Of a stretch of 64,000 nucleotides of DNA, positions 36,461 through 48,731 are shown one piece after another. The DNA is taken from the NCBI RefSeq assembly GCF_000181795.1, contig NW_003526943.1, positions 808,487 through 872,486 on the forward strand, written 5' to 3'. The notes beneath the pieces were generated by a model. It was given only the letters and a program-made list of their open reading frames with translations, had not been told where the DNA came from and did no database searches. The first letter of the stretch is position 1. Each line of letters opens with the position of its first letter. This DNA is from Trichinella spiralis. Taxonomy: Eukaryota. Both the position numbers and the translations under genes were made by a program.

Positions 36461-38035
36461 TTAACCCTCTGATGGATTGTTGGCGCTATCTACGCTTTTG
36501 GATTCTTGTGATCGAATTGTCCCCACGTTAGAAAAATACGTATAAAAAAGCCTAAATAATCTCAATTCCTTGTAAATTTTTTTCAGCAGACAGTATTGAT
36601 CCCTTCAGGCAGAGCATATCAATTTTGGCATGTAATGTTTGTTAGCAATGCAAGTGTTCATGTGCTCTTGATGCTTGTCATAATTATTTTTTGCTGTCGA
36701 TTCTGTTGTCGTGTTGGTAGATTTTTAAAAATACGTCCTGTTGTACGTATAGTTAATAAGACAAAAAACAATGAACTTTTCAATGACTGTAAAAATCAAC
36801 AAGAAAAAATGAATTACTATTCTGATGTATAATTTGAAAACTGAGCAGAATTTAAATATGGTAATTTTTTATAAGCAGAAATTGATGCGAAAATACCACT
36901 AAAAATGATGGCAACCTGTAAAGTTTCTGGGTTGGTGATCGGGGTTGTTTTTAGTATCTGCATTAACTTTGATACACTCGGTTTGCACATTATAAACTGT
37001 TCGAAATTTCAACAATGCAGCAGTATCTACAATAGCTTGGTACACAGACGGCAGTATATTTCTATCCAAATAGTTATCTGCAGTGACTGAAATTGGATCA
37101 CCACAGATGTATTTCAAAAAATATTTTACAGATGAAATATTCCACTATATAGCTGATCAAGCAACTATATGCGCTGTTCGGAACAAGAACTTGCGAATTC
37201 GTTTAACAATGCATGATACTGGATTGCTTGTTGGTGCATTGGTAAAAATGGGCATGATTCCCATGCCCGGATATCCGATGTATTGACCAACAGATTTTCA
37301 TGTTGACAGTATCGGTAATTGATTGACTCGTGGCCGTTTTATTGAAACCATGCGTTATCGGCATTTCAACGATAATTTGAACAGAATACAGAACAGAGAC
37401 GATCCAAATTAGAATCGGCTGTATAAGATTCGGTAATTGCTTGAAATGTTCAGAAAATGTTGCGCGGAAATAGAAAATGAATAAATTCAATCAGTGGAGA
37501 AACAAGCTATTGCCAACAAAGAGAGGCACAAACTCAAACAGTATCTACCCTGCATGCGACATAAATGTCGCTTCAAACTTATTTCTCGTGCCGGTAAGTC
37601 TGATTTGCTTTATGACTTCGTATTTCACGGCATGAAAAATCCGAACCACTGCCTTTCCAACCGGCAAACTATGTATTGAAACTGTGTGAAACGTTACCGA
37701 AGAACAGAAACCATAAGCTGTTTCGTGAAAACTATTATACATTTTTTGAAATACAGTTACGGCTAAAGACAATGAGAATCCTATCTTGTGGAACGATTGG
37801 AGCAAACAGACTGCGCTTGACTGGCCGCTACTTTCAGAAAAAGAGCTGAAGTCAAAGTTTCGAGGTGCTTTCGACTTCAGAACTGACACTGATAAAGGAA
37901 TCATCGAAGTACGTTGGTTTGACAACAGACTCGTCACAGTGATGTCTACGTATCTTGGTATCGAACCAAAATCATCTGATGGGGTGGTAAAACGAGAAAA
38001 GTAATCAACGTTACCATTCAAAACATTGTAAAAAT
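36461..38035 (+). mobile_element. Decayed piggyBac (PGBD-like) DNA transposon, 3'-truncated
   Basis: TTAA|CCCT candidate left end at 36461. Transposase remnants broken by stops/frameshifts: FKKYFTDEIFHYIADQ, KMGMIPMP, TRGRFIETMRYRHFND, RLYKIR*LLE, LKQYLPCMRHKCRFKL..RAGKSDLLYDF, KLFRENYY, RGAFDFR..WFDNRLVTVMSTY. No matching right end seen. Confidence 0.85.
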
Positions 38036-38073
38036 ATTAGGTTTTCTCCCCTTTGGTCCCACTAAATTCCCCT

Positions 38074-38176
38074 TCGGTCTCGTTGTTCACTTATTGGTTG
38101 TTGACCGCGCTATTTTATTGGACCGTCAAGTCTTTGTCGTATTGGTTTTCCTTGTCTAATTGCTCATTGATTCAAA
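38074..38176. repeat. Fragment of the same repeat family as the MITE-like element at 44371-44649
   Basis: Shares CGCTATTTTATTGGACCGTCAA with the 44.4 kb left arm, and AAGTCTTTGTCGT...CTTGTCTAATTGCTCATTGATTCAAA is the reverse complement of the 44.46-44.55 kb internal unit. Confidence 0.85.
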
Positions 38177-40321
38177 TCTTTCTCTTATGATTAGCTGTAA
38201 TATTTTTTTATTTTATTGGTTCAAATATTCCATTTAGGATTAGGATTACGTAACTTTAATAGTAGTGACGTAACATAAAAAATGGGAATATTTATTATTC
38301 CAAAATTTTGTTTGTTTGAAGTTTTGTCATTAATTGAAATTTTGTTTATTTAAATATATTATCTGTGGTGAAGTTTATACTTTTTCATGATCAGCATTCC
38401 TGAAAATAATTTTTATCATTATTCTATATTTTATTGTACCAAAGGGACGTTATATCAAATGCGACAGTATTCATTCAGAAAAAACAATTCAAAAAATAAG
38501 TTAAATAGTGATTTTTATTTTTCACTAGCCAACAGCACTAACAACAACAGTAAAAAACAACAGTAAACAGTATTAACAAAGTAGAAACAACGAAAAAGGA
38601 AAAACTAAATAATATAATACAATGAAATAAAAAACTTGTATAAATAAGCGGTGGCCAGGAGCATTCTTATCTTCTTTCTTGTTTCTTCTTCGGTCTATTA
38701 CCGATTTTCCTCCTGATATATAAATCTGCTCTCACTGTTTGTAAATTAATTTATTTCCTGTTGAAATTAATCAAGATTGGATATTAACTTCCGGGTGTAA
38801 TGTCAGAATACTGTATAATCTGTTTGAAAAATCTGGAATGTTGCAGCAACACTTCCAATTTCCGGGTTACAAATGGCACTAATGCTAACGTTACGCGTTA
38901 GCTCGCAATTTCACTTAATTTTACGCTTGATTTCTCGCATATGCCTTTGTCAAATATTGTTCGCGTTTCTCGTCACATCACATTTGTTGGTAAAGGCGAT
39001 TTTAATACAAAGGGAAAATGCACAATTGACAAATTGCTCACAGTTGCAGCTTCCCAGCTAAACCATGGAGTGACAACTACTAAATTGTTAGCATCTGATT
39101 AATTTCTTGATTTTACTGGGAGTGTTCTATTTGAATCTTTCTTATTTCCAATCCAAGAATTTTACTTTAATATTTACAAAGTTTCTTTTGTTTCAAAACA
39201 TCCATATATGTATTTTTATATATGTCGATGAGGTTTGCTGTTCGTATGAAAAATCCTGTTTGACATTCCTACATTTCATATAAAATACAGTCGAACTTCA
39301 TTAAGTGCATAAGATTTTGGCCGAAAAAAATTCCCTGTATTTAATTAAACGGAATAATACAAAATGCAAATAATGGATACGTGCATGGAAATTCTTTCGA
39401 AATTTCATGCTCAATTAACAAACTTAAAATGTAATTTGAAATGCAACATCAAACAGATCAGCTACATCACAGACGCTGCTTTTGATGCCGAAAGTTTTAA
39501 TATTTTGTTATCCTTGAAATATATATTAAAAGGTTGCAAATGGAAATGAAAACAGATAGCAATTTAAGTGTTCACCAACGCACTAGTCTGTTTCGTTCAG
39601 ATGTTAAAACAGAAAGTTTACAATTTTCACCAAATATATAAATAAATTTTTTTGATTTGTAAATAATATTGCAATTTTTTATTTTAATAAAATATACGAA
39701 CGAAAACAATAACACTAATGAAAGAGATCAAAACTTTCTGAAGTTAAAAGTAAAATTCTTTGATCGCTATCAGGAAAGATTTTCAGAGAACAGTCAGCGT
39801 GAAATTAGAAAAGTATTTAAATGCTAACAAATTAGCAGTTGCCATGCCTAGTTTTAGCTGACAACTGCAGCTGTGGACAATTCATCACTTGTTGATTTTT
39901 CCATTGTATTACAATCGCCTTTAGCTAATCATCAGAATATTTTCTGACAAACGGAAAAGCATCTAATGCATAAATCTTATATAATTGCCAGCTAAAACGA
40001 AATTTATCTGATGAACTCAAATAAATAAAAGTGAAACACTTTGAAAGCAGAAAGGAAGCGATGGACAGCATCAAGCAGAATAGCAGTTAAAGCTGCTTCA
40101 AATTAACTCTGCAGTGGACATCACGTTCTTTGATGTTAGCATTTGTGCGCCATTTGTGTGTGATTAATTTTATTCTGTCAGTATCAACAAAAGGCATTAG
40201 TGCCACAAGGAATATCAGAAGTATATCTTCGATTGTAGATAAAATATGAAATGAAAAACTAAATATTGTTGCAAAATGGTTATTTAAAATGAAATTCAAA
40301 ATTGTTCCAATTTTCATTTTT

Positions 40322-40865
40322 NGGTGTTGCGTTTGCGTTCAGTGCTTTGCGTTCCAGAGATATTCGAATCATTTTTTCTGTTCCTTGTTATGGNCTGATG
40401 TCCNNTGAGTTACATCTTTGTACCAAATCGTTGCGGGATTTGGTCCAAATTCGGTGGTATGATAGGCAGGATATTATAAATTAAAACGTGCCCGCAAACC
40501 AGAAATATTTGGAGATGTTCAAAAAGTATGCGCTGAATGTACAGCATGTGGTTCCTAGTTATTAACAATTACCTTTATCTTGGTATAGGGATAAAGAAGG
40601 CTGCGGAGTGCAGTGTGGACAGATTTAGAAGTTCCGGCTGGGATCGATCGAAAAGATCACGTTGAAACCTGCCGGGTAGATGAGCACCTAGCCTATATAG
40701 ACTGATGGCAACCAAAAAAATTTGGGGGGTACGGATGGTACANNCAAGGTTGTACCTCAATGATATGAATAACATTTTACCATCCATGCCATTGTGGCGA
40801 GTAAGCTGGTGCCAGTAGTCTGTTGCTATGTACGGTTAAAGATATTGGCAAATACNNNNNNNNNN
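40322..40865. other. Low-quality contig end with scattered Ns and an assembly gap
   Basis: Isolated n bases from 40322 and an N run at 40856-40865. Confidence 0.9.
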
Positions 40866-41025
40866 GCGATTAAATAATGTCATGTGCATTTACTATAGAT
40901 TGCTACCATAATTATTTCAATATAGGAGAGCTTAAAAACTGTACCCTTTAGCTACAAGGTAGATGGGTTGCAAATTCATCACTCGGTTCTATTAGATATA
41001 AATTGAGCATCGAGCAGAATGACAA

Positions 41026-43106
41026 TTATTTGCTCTTTTGATAGTAGATGGAGAATAGAAATGCATGGCATAGTGATTCGCCATGCATATAGTCACGACA
41101 GCGATGCAAGCACATGTTTAGCGTCCATACAGGATCATTGAATGTAAATACTGAAACATAATCTATTTCAGTGATAATTCGTCGTTGAATATGACAAATC
41201 TCCATAAATTTATGCAATTTAGCAGTTTCCACAGAAGAATCTTGTACTAACGCATCGTTCGCTTCAGCTGCCAAAGCATCTGCAATAAAAATTTGTTAAA
41301 ATGGGCAATAAAAAAGAGGTTTTTTAAAATAATCTGAATTACTTCCATTACTATAAGAATATACTTCTTCATCATCATTTTCTGATAAATTTGAAAAATC
41401 ATGTATATTTGTGAGGTGCTGGATTGGCAACGTCGTTGCTATTAAAACAGATTGAAACACATTTAGCATATTCAATTTCAAATTTTTATTTGTTGAATTA
41501 TGTATTTTTACTTTTCTGACAGTCGAATGCATCTTAACACTAGTGAAAAAAATGCTGCTTAAGAAAAACTAAAATTGAAATTTCAGTTATATAGTTGCTG
41601 CTTTTTGATATTTATGTTTGCACAACTGTCAAATATTAATCTTAACTTGTAATTTGAATTTCACCTAATTATTTGCATTAAATGAAATTATTTTTAAAAT
41701 TCATTTTTTTAAATGAATGAATAAATAAATAAATAATGATGTCTTTTTGATTATTTTGAGTAAGAAATAGCACAATTATACCTGGTTTGCAGCTCTTGAC
41801 TACAAAAATAGGCAATCCTAAATTTTCTGAATCACTTTCAACTGTATCATTTAGAGAAAGATAAAAACATAGACAAGAATATCCATTTTCAGCATAATAA
41901 ATGGCATCACAAGAGGCAGTCTTTATATAGCCGTTCAAGCAAATAGCAAGGCAATGAGCAAACTCCACTGGGGAGAAAAGACTTGTTATGTATGAAAAAT
42001 ATCTTTGCTGCAAGCGCTTCTTTTCTATTTTGCATTCCATTAGAATTTGTTCATTGAATATATAGAATTCAAAGCTGGATTGCGCAACTGGGAAATCATA
42101 ATTCGGTACGACTGGCATTCTACCTAAAATCAACTGTTCAATGCGGAATTGTTTTACTAGCCGAGATTAGCTTAAAAAAATGCTTATTGAATAGTAAATT
42201 TCTTACTGAATTCACAATGCTTGATGGAATAAAATTCAGCATAGTTTCTTCTAATGGTGCCACTTTCTTGATCAGTGTCATTATAATCCAGAAAAAGACA
42301 AATTCCTTCTTCACGTGAAAATAATACAGCGTTACATGGAATTGTCCAGTTCAATACTCGGCAGTGAGCAAAACATGTTAGTATATTCAACATTAGCACT
42401 TTATGCAATCGGTTTGCAGCAAAATTATTTATAAACGGAAGCCGTTCAATAATGCATATTTCATTTAAAGCCGGCAAAGAAACCATGTTTAACCTAGTGA
42501 CGTTCTCTATTATTCCATCTTCAGCAAAGTTTTCAACGAGATTTGCTAAATGGAAAGCAATAAGAATAGTCGGGAAAATCAAATCTGATTTAAATTAAAT
42601 TAAAATTATAAAGCAAAAACAATTAGCATTAGAAGTAGACGATTCGAATTATCATTAACAATGAATTATTTATGAATAAAAATTACAATTCTCTTACCGT
42701 CTAAACAAGTATGCAACATGTAAAAATGTGTATTTGATGAATTATCACCACCTCCTTTGAATAATCTGTTGTAGAGAAAGCAGTAATTATTGGAGAAATC
42801 GTATAAAATTCCGATGCAGAAGGTATCTCTATTTTCCCATAGCCAACATTCAGCAATGCAGTTCGAAAATGTAGTTACATAAGGGGCATTATTTGTAAAC
42901 ACTTTCAGTTCATCGCGCTCTTCAATATGACATACTTTATCAAGCCTCGGAACATAAATGGTCAAATGTGAATTATTAAAACTCTAAATTTATAATATTT
43001 TTTAAATTATTATTTCATTATTTCATACGTTTATTTTTAATAATACTTCTCCTTTGTGCACTACAAACAGAACATTCCACAGAACAACACTGATGAAAAA
43101 CAACAT
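41026..43106 (-). CDS. Secreted protein with four divergent PAN/apple-like Cys domains
   Basis: Hydrophobic start MLFFISVVLWNVLFVVHKG at 43106. Four exons each carry C..E...C...C....C.(A/G)(I/V/F)(L/Y)(Y/F).....C motifs (CIAECWL/CIGILY, CFAHCRV/CNAVLF, CLAICLN/CDAIYY, CLHRCRD/CHAFLF). 3' end uncertain. Confidence 0.7.
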
Positions 43107-44370
43107 TGTTCTTCTAAAATAAGTAGTTTAATAATTAAATTAAATTAAGTTAGAACTTTTAATTCTCAAAACAATCAAACAAGCCCAGAAATTTGGCATT
43201 ATTGTAGTTATATTTAAAAAATCTTCTATTCCTTATATAGAAATATTTGTTGATGCAACACTCCATGGCAGCAAACTTCCAATTCAAAATTCTATTTTAC
43301 AATCACTGTTTAGCATTATTTCAGTTGTTAAAATAAAATATAAATGTTTGAAATTATATACGCTGGATAAGCAAGCCTACGTTTTTTTTAAAAAAAAACG
43401 TTAAATATAAATTATATGCTGTAACATAAAATCAACAAATAAGATAGATTGTAATAAGCACAAGGAAATTTTCGATGAAAAAGCCCATAACTAGTCTTCT
43501 TAAAGACAGTTTAACTAAATATGCATAAGAAGTCTTGAACTTTATCTTTTCTAAATTTCACGTGATTGTGCTAAAAACAATAAAACGTTAATTTTCAAGC
43601 ACATACATAACTATTAAGGTGGTACATTTTTATTGAAGTTCTAATAAATTTAAAAGAGTCCATTTATTAATTGAAGCAATGTAGCAATCTGATATTGGCA
43701 AAAAAATTGATTACACATTTTCATTTACAAACCGTCATTTAATTATAAAATTTTATAATAATTAGAAAAGAATTTTAAAACTTAAATATTATTGAAAGTT
43801 AATATGCGTAGAGCATGTGAAAATTAAGCACCTAAATGATTTTAGATGGCTACATGTTTAATGATTAAATTTATTTGATTCAGTCTATGAATAACCAATT
43901 TAAATACTTGCATAAAAAGTTTTATTACGTGCATGCAAACAATTAATAATTGCAGATAGAGCAGAAAATCCTTTAATTGATGCTTCTGTGTCATCAGAAG
44001 ACATTTTAATTCTGCAAATCATCGGATTCGAAAATCAAAGCAGTCAACTAATTAAATTTCATCTGCAATGTTTGCAAGTTCAGCAGTCTGACCTTTCTAA
44101 ATTTAGTACCAGCTGTAGTGCAATACTCCAACAGGAATCATTAAAATCTGAAATTACTCTGTTATTTCCGCATTCACTGCTTCAACATTCATCATGCCTA
44201 GTTTTGAAGTTCAGCTTTATGAATAAGCTTAAACAATAAGAAAAGAAAAGAAACTCTCACAACTAAACACTGCAATAGAAAATACTTTTTATCGCATGTG
44301 AGAAATATCATTAGAACAATGCCGTTCTTAGATTTTTTTATTTTGTCGTTCAGCTGTCTATTTGCCGGGT

Positions 44371-44649
44371 TTGGTACTACTCGGTCCCGCTTTTCTCTCA
44401 TTGGTCATTACCCACGCTATTTTATTGGACCGTCAAATCTTAATCACAACTGAAGAGTTTGAATCAATGAGCAATTAGACAAAAAAACCAATGCGACAAA
44501 GACTTCACTGAGCAATTAGACAAGGAAAACCATTACGACAAAGACTTCCCATGACATTAAATGAAGAACAATACGAAAAACATTTGACGGTCTAAAAAAA
44601 TAGTGTGGGTAAAGACTATTGTGAGAAATGCGGGACCGAGTAGTACCAA
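44371..44649. mobile_element. MITE-like element with ~68-bp imperfect terminal inverted repeats
   Basis: 44371-44438 (TTGGTACTACTCGGTCCCGC...GACCGTCAAAT) is the near reverse complement of 44582-44649; internal ~42-bp unit present twice (~44468-44548); no ORF; right end abuts the N gap so no TSD can be read. Confidence 0.75.
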
Positions 44650-44659
44650 NNNNNNNNNN

Positions 44660-44720
44660 CACACACACACACACACACACAAACACACATATATATATAT
44701 ATATATATATGTATATATCA
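44660..44720. repeat. (CA)n(TA)n microsatellite next to assembly gap 44650-44659
   Basis: Direct reading of the sequence. Confidence 0.92.
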
Positions 44721-44779
44721 CACAATGCTATCCATCCTACCACCAGTTTTAAAATTTTTTCAACTTTTATTCAACTTAC

Positions 44780-47603
44780 CACATGATGAACAAACATTTC
44801 AGAAGACGATGTGTTGCTGAATGTCTTCAACAATTGAACAGCCAAACTGGGACCAATCGGCTTATCGTAAAGCCGATGCAAACATTCTTCAGCATTGCGA
44901 CGAATTTTATAATCCGAATGAGTAAGTAAGCACAAAAATGCTCTACAGTACTCATCAAGTGATCGTTTCGAGATTTCATCAAAACTTTGAACAATCACCA
45001 GTTCAATGCATGACATTACCGTCATCCAAGCTTCAAAAAATAAAAGCAAAATAACTATTGTGATTATTAAAAAAATAATCAACAAAATTGTTACTGTCAA
45101 AATCATTCGAAGACCACCATTTATTCGATGTAAATTCGTGCTTTTCTTTGATCCATTGAAGCACTTTCGTCATCTCAGTATCTAAATGTGAAAACAGTTG
45201 CAAAAACATTTTACCAACAATTAATGGAAAAATATAATTTACCAGATTTTAGAGAAACGTGATGAAGAAGAACTTTGCATGCGTAAGCTGCTTCCAGAAC
45301 TCGTTTCGGCTGGTTGGTTAACTTCGCATTTCCTTCGATAATTTTTACAAGTAATCCAGCTAATTTGGAATTCTTCTTAAAACCACGTTCTGAAATTGCT
45401 CAACCAGATTAAAATCATTCAATAACAATAACAGCTGAAATTTATGATCAATTGAATTTGATAAATACTAACTTGTATAGCAAGAGCAGATGCACTCCAT
45501 ATAAGACAAACTGTTCGCAGCTGTATTCCACCTCTTCCCATAATCCTACGTTAATAAATAATTATTCATTGTATATCATCATAAGCTGGTTAAGTAATAC
45601 TTCAAAAAGCTGCAGTAACTCATTAGGCAAGCTCAAATTCCACGAATCTGAAGTCCACTTTGAAATTGCTTTCAAGCACTGCTTCTGCACTTCATCATGC
45701 ACTAAAATACAATTTTATAAAAATATACATCATTCACTGGTGAAATTGAAATACAAAAAAATTATTTTCTTACCTTCTGTTCGAATTAAGCCAATCAATC
45801 TTAATATAACACCCCAAAAGTATTCCTTACTATCTTCCGGCAAACTTTCTGAAGACTTTCGTACACATTCCAACACTGCCAACTTGCCATCAATAGTATT
45901 TGCTATTGGAGGTCTGTCTAAAAAATACAGAACTTCAAAAATATATTACCATCAACTGATTTTGTCATTTGCACCTGTTATCAAGCCTAACACTTGGGAA
46001 AGCGCAGTTTGTTTGGCTTCTGTTTTTTCGAAACGCTTCACCAATGCACTTACAGCCGAAATACTATACTGCTTCATGAGTTCATCTTTGGAACAAATAT
46101 AATCTAAAAAAAATTTTAATATATTTAAAATCAATTCTTATTTGGAAAAATATAAAAAAATAACTCACGAATCAATGAAGGAAGAAGATCGTAAATAAAC
46201 GCACTCAAGTCGATGTTTAATTGGTCGAATAAATAAGCATATGCTATGAAGAAAACAATATCCATATTAGAAATAATAAATAAATAAAGTTAATCAAATT
46301 CACCTTTTGTAGTAGATCTGATGTGCTTTTTCATCCCATGAATCAACTGTGGCAATAGATACATTTCAAATTCAGGCAATGTGACTTTACTCATTACAGA
46401 TTTCCAACAATTCTGCAGTAAAAAAACCATCTTAAAACGTGGATAAAAGTGAAGTTCCTTATATTACCAAAACTTCAATCTCTGCACCATCAGGAACTTG
46501 AAGAACAATCCGAACATAGCCGCTCAATGCATTTTCCATCCATCCTCTGAATTCCGTTTCAAACCGCAAATCATATAACATCACAAATACCAGTGATAAA
46601 TCCACTTCACTTTCGGCTGTGATACCTTTTACAAAAATATTGGTTGGAATGGAGGACTAAATAAAAATAATTATGAATCATCAAAATTCATCAGTTAGAA
46701 TAACAACAAAACGATTTACTCGTTTCATCATGTACAATATTTTACGAAGAGCGCTTCTGTATAATCTTCCATCGCCACACGTTATTATTAGATAACAGCA
46801 AATTCCGATACTTTTGAGCTATAAAAAAATCTATATAATCTATTGCAGTATCGTTTAAATATTTTCTAACATATTTCAGAAAATGTTGGTGACTTTCAGT
46901 CGATATGATATTCTTTTTCGTTGGAAAAACAACTTTCAATATGTGTAAAGCGGTTATCGCGGCATGACGAATGCTGTTGCTATAACAAATACATAAATAC
47001 AACAACCAAAACATCAATTCCACCTCTAGCATTATTTGAAAAATACAATATAAATTTCGTAATTTACGTTTCGTCAACATAACTACTAGTATCATATGGA
47101 TTACATCAAAAAGCAACCTCATTATTACTTATGAATATAAAAATATATATACTTATATAAAAACATAAGATCATAAACATAAAAGTTGGCTAGTTTCTTA
47201 AACAAATTCTTATCAAACTGTTTAAGAATTTATTTAAAAAAATATGAAAGCATTTAAATGCACAACTATAAAAAAATTACATCCCATTTGATAGGTCCCT
47301 CCAAATGGTTGAAGCAAAACTGAAACGGTAAACTTTACAATTAAAGTGAATTATATGAGCAGAAATTAAATATCTTTTTTATAATATATATAAATGAAAA
47401 AAATATATATATAAACATAAATACTTTGGATTTTGCGTAAACGGTTCCATTAATTGGGTAATTACTCTTGTAACATATCGAAAAACATTAACTTGACGTC
47501 CTTTTAAAATTTGCGACAATGCTTGAATTGTATTAAATTTCACGTCCTTCCTATCCGAGAATATTGCTCGTGAAAGTAATGCTTCGTACTGGTCATAATG
47601 CAT
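44780..47603 (-). CDS. GCN1: GCN1-like HEAT-repeat protein, N-terminal portion only
   Basis: Spliced exons give EFEMS..QLIHGMKK, LNIDLSAFIYDLLPSL, AVSALVKRF, LITGANDKI, LIRTEVHDEVQKQCLKAISKW and YCRAFLCLLTHSDYKIRRNAEECLHRL, in the same order as recalled GCN1 N-terminal segments (e.g. EVHEGTL...LALW). No convincing continuation after the donor at ~44779. Confidence 0.65.
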
Positions 47604-48731
47604 AAGTTGGAACGAACCTAAAATTATTATGCTCGTCAAATTAATGATCTACATAATCACTGCAATTCATTAACGTTGATGAATGCCCTGATTGTCACCA
47701 AAACAAAATACAGCATTTCACTTGAAAATATCGTTAGAAAAAACATCTAGACGTGATTTAATCAAAATCTGCACTGTCAAAATCGTTACAAAATGATTAC
47801 TTTTTAGGGATACAATTTCACTGTTTATCACATTGCCAGTTTTATGGGCCATCGTCTTAGCGTTATTTTTATGAGCAGTCGGCATACCTAAAAGTCAATT
47901 GTGTTTATAAAAAAAGAATAATAATTATCATAAATTACTGTTCTAATCAGTTTTCTCGAAACTTCAGCTTGAATCACACTACACCTCGTCACAGTAATAA
48001 AAATGGAAAGCAAGCTTGTTTTAACCTACAAAAAAGCAACCATAAAAATTAACACACTGTTATTACAAAAAAATACAGATTCCAATACAGATGAAAATTG
48101 TTGTTTTAAGCATATTTGTATTTTAATTAAACAAAATGAGTAAATATAGAATGACGTCAGCCTTACAACATACGGTAATCATCAAATTAATAGTGAACTT
48201 GCTTTATATTAATAAATAAACCTTTTAGGATTGTGACTTTATAAAAAATATTTTATATTATTTTGCTTAAAAGAAGGGCTCGTTATTAAATTCTTGTTTT
48301 ATAGATATGAAGAAGGTATAGATTGATATGATTTTATATAATTTTATCAATATATAGATTTTATAGATATATGCAATGTAGTAAGTAATTATAAATTCAT
48401 ATTGAGGCATATTTTAATGTACAATTTTAAATTAATGAAAGTATTGTACATAAAAAATAACATTAATCTATATTATTTTCTCGCTGAATGTATGAAGAAT
48501 AATGGCGTAAATTTTAACTTGCATAAGTTTTCCAATGGAATAGTGTAAAACATAAGTCTTCTCGAAGCATGCATAATTTTTAATTTTACAAATTTCTGGA
48601 ATTTTGTATATTTTTCTCTAAATTTCTGATGACGACATTGCTTCAACAAATGGAATGCCCCAATTTATTAAGAGAAAACATGCATTCGTTTTTACCTACT
48701 GTAGACTTATTGCAATTATGAAGTTAATATT

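Noticed and set aside
38780..39080. GC-richer island with two TTCCGGGT motifs and a short hairpin
   Set aside because: No ORF, splice structure or RNA-family signature that I can support.
40322..40855. Compositionally distinct block as possible foreign DNA
   Set aside because: Riddled with Ns at a contig end; no interpretable ORF, more likely low-quality sequence.
44468..44548. Direct repeats as a CRISPR-like array
   Set aside because: Only two adjacent units with no spacers, eukaryotic context, inside a MITE-like element.
45452..46102. 216-aa plus-strand ORF
   Set aside because: Antisense to GCN1-like exons; no independent coding signal.
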